Source: Octopus bimaculoides (Eukaryota). Taken from it: a stretch of 64,000 bases of DNA. Under the pieces are notes generated by a model. It was not told the DNA's origin. It did no database searches and saw nothing but the letters and a program-made list of their open reading frames with translations. The position numbers and the translations under genes are program-made. The first letter of the stretch is position 1. Each line of letters opens with the position of its first letter. The DNA lies in contig NC_068990.1 in assembly GCF_001194135.2 (NCBI RefSeq), forward strand, positions 16,570,536 to 16,634,535. The letters run 5' to 3'. Positions 62,888 through 64,000 of this stretch are shown here, in pieces.

Positions 62888-63461
62888 CGTGTGTGCGAAC
62901 AACTTTCAATTCAAAACATCGGTTCCTTTCTGCGATCAAAATTGTTTTCATGTTTTTCTGTTTATTTATTTATCCATTATTTATAACATATCTTCACACA
63001 TAATCTCTCCCCTTCATTAATATACATGCATGCAAACATACATACATACATACTTACATGTCACACATCTATCTATCTGTCTGTCTGTCTGTCCACCTAT
63101 CTATCTGTCTGTCTGTATGTCTTTGATAGGGCATAAACATTCTCTTATCCTTGGGAGTAAGATTATTGTCATGGGAGTGACTTTACTGCTACTCACGTCG
63201 GTTACGACGACAAGGGTTCCAGGTGTCGCTAATCAACGAAACAGCCTGCTCATGAGAGTCTAAAAATCTGAACAGACTTCTGCTTTTGTATGTCCACGTT
63301 TTACACCACCAATGTGACATTAATCTGCGTCCAGTGGTGAGGCGTCAGTTCTGGAGTTGTGGGGCACGTGAAATCACTCCTTAATTACCATTACTCTCAG
63401 GTCCGTTCTGACCCGGAACACTTGTATCTGCTGGGGTTCTATCTATAGGTTAAATAAATTT

Positions 63462-63696
63462 CTTATTTCTTTATTGCCCACAAGGGGCTAAACATAGAGG
63501 GAACAAACAAGGACAGACAAAGGGATTAAGTCGATTACATCGACACCAGTGCGTAACTGGTACTTAATTTATCGACCCCGAAAGGTTGAAAGGCAAAGTC
63601 GACCTCGGCGGAATTTGAAATCAGAACGTAGCGGCAGACGAAATACCGCTAAGCATTTCGCCCTGTGTGCTAACGTTTCTGCCAGCTCGCCGCCTT
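63462..63696 (+). mobile_element. SINE family A (CpG-intact copy)
   Basis: ...GTCGATTACATCGACACCAGTGCG...AAAGTCGACCTCGGCGGAATTTG...GCCAGCTCGCCGCC. Confidence 0.85.
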
Positions 63697-64000
63697 AGAG
63701 GTTAAAGAAATGTCTGTGAGGGTAGACTGAACTCCTTAGCTGCGATGAAAGCAATCATTCAAGGAGAAGGAAAAGTCCAAAAATGAAAAATTAATACCCT
63801 CTTCTAACATGCCTTAAGCCAGCATGGAAGAGTATAGCTGATGAAACTAATATGAGGCATGTCCAATAACATAGGTTCATACCATGGAGGCAACTATCTC
63901 ATGTTGGTGCGCATTCTGTCGCAGGCGGAAAGAACAGGGAATGAGGATAAGTTTAACACCAACATCTGGCCCTTGGGTGCTTGTTGGAGAATTTGTAAAG

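Noticed and set aside
1-64000. CRISPR arrays, rRNA, prokaryotic operons or contamination
   Set aside because: No regularly spaced repeat-spacer arrays, no rRNA-like sequence and no gene-dense segment; spliceosomal introns and animal TEs occur throughout.

Overview
Repeat-rich, AT-rich animal genomic DNA from a gapped draft assembly. The SINE/LINE/microsatellite repertoire looks like an octopus (coleoid cephalopod) genome; this is an inference. One protein-coding gene is well supported: a + strand C19orf44 / DUF4614 homolog. Six exons (19495-20095, 21038-21162, 22787-23063, 25457-~26035, 30485-30648, 33960-34040) splice in phase into about 608 codons, but the start codon was not located. Most of the rest is transposon debris: RTE, R4/Dong-like and CRE-like LINEs, Penelope-like repeats, tRNA-derived and RTE-tailed SINEs, Tc1/mariner, hAT and piggyBac MITEs, and a possible solo LTR. 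The most unusual items are: (i) a foldback DNA element with GGATC termini, an 8-bp TSD (Merlin/IS1016-like signature) and a central divergent (CCCTAA)n/(TTAGGG)n telomeric-repeat junction, with two copies plus relatives; (ii) two candidate hammerhead ribozymes; (iii) a CpG-depleted domain (~9.8-42.9 kb) read as a gene-body methylation footprint, which extends beyond the known gene; (iv) a candidate RFX X-box promoter. No rRNA, genuine tRNA or CRISPR array was found. All calls are by eye; no database searches were run.
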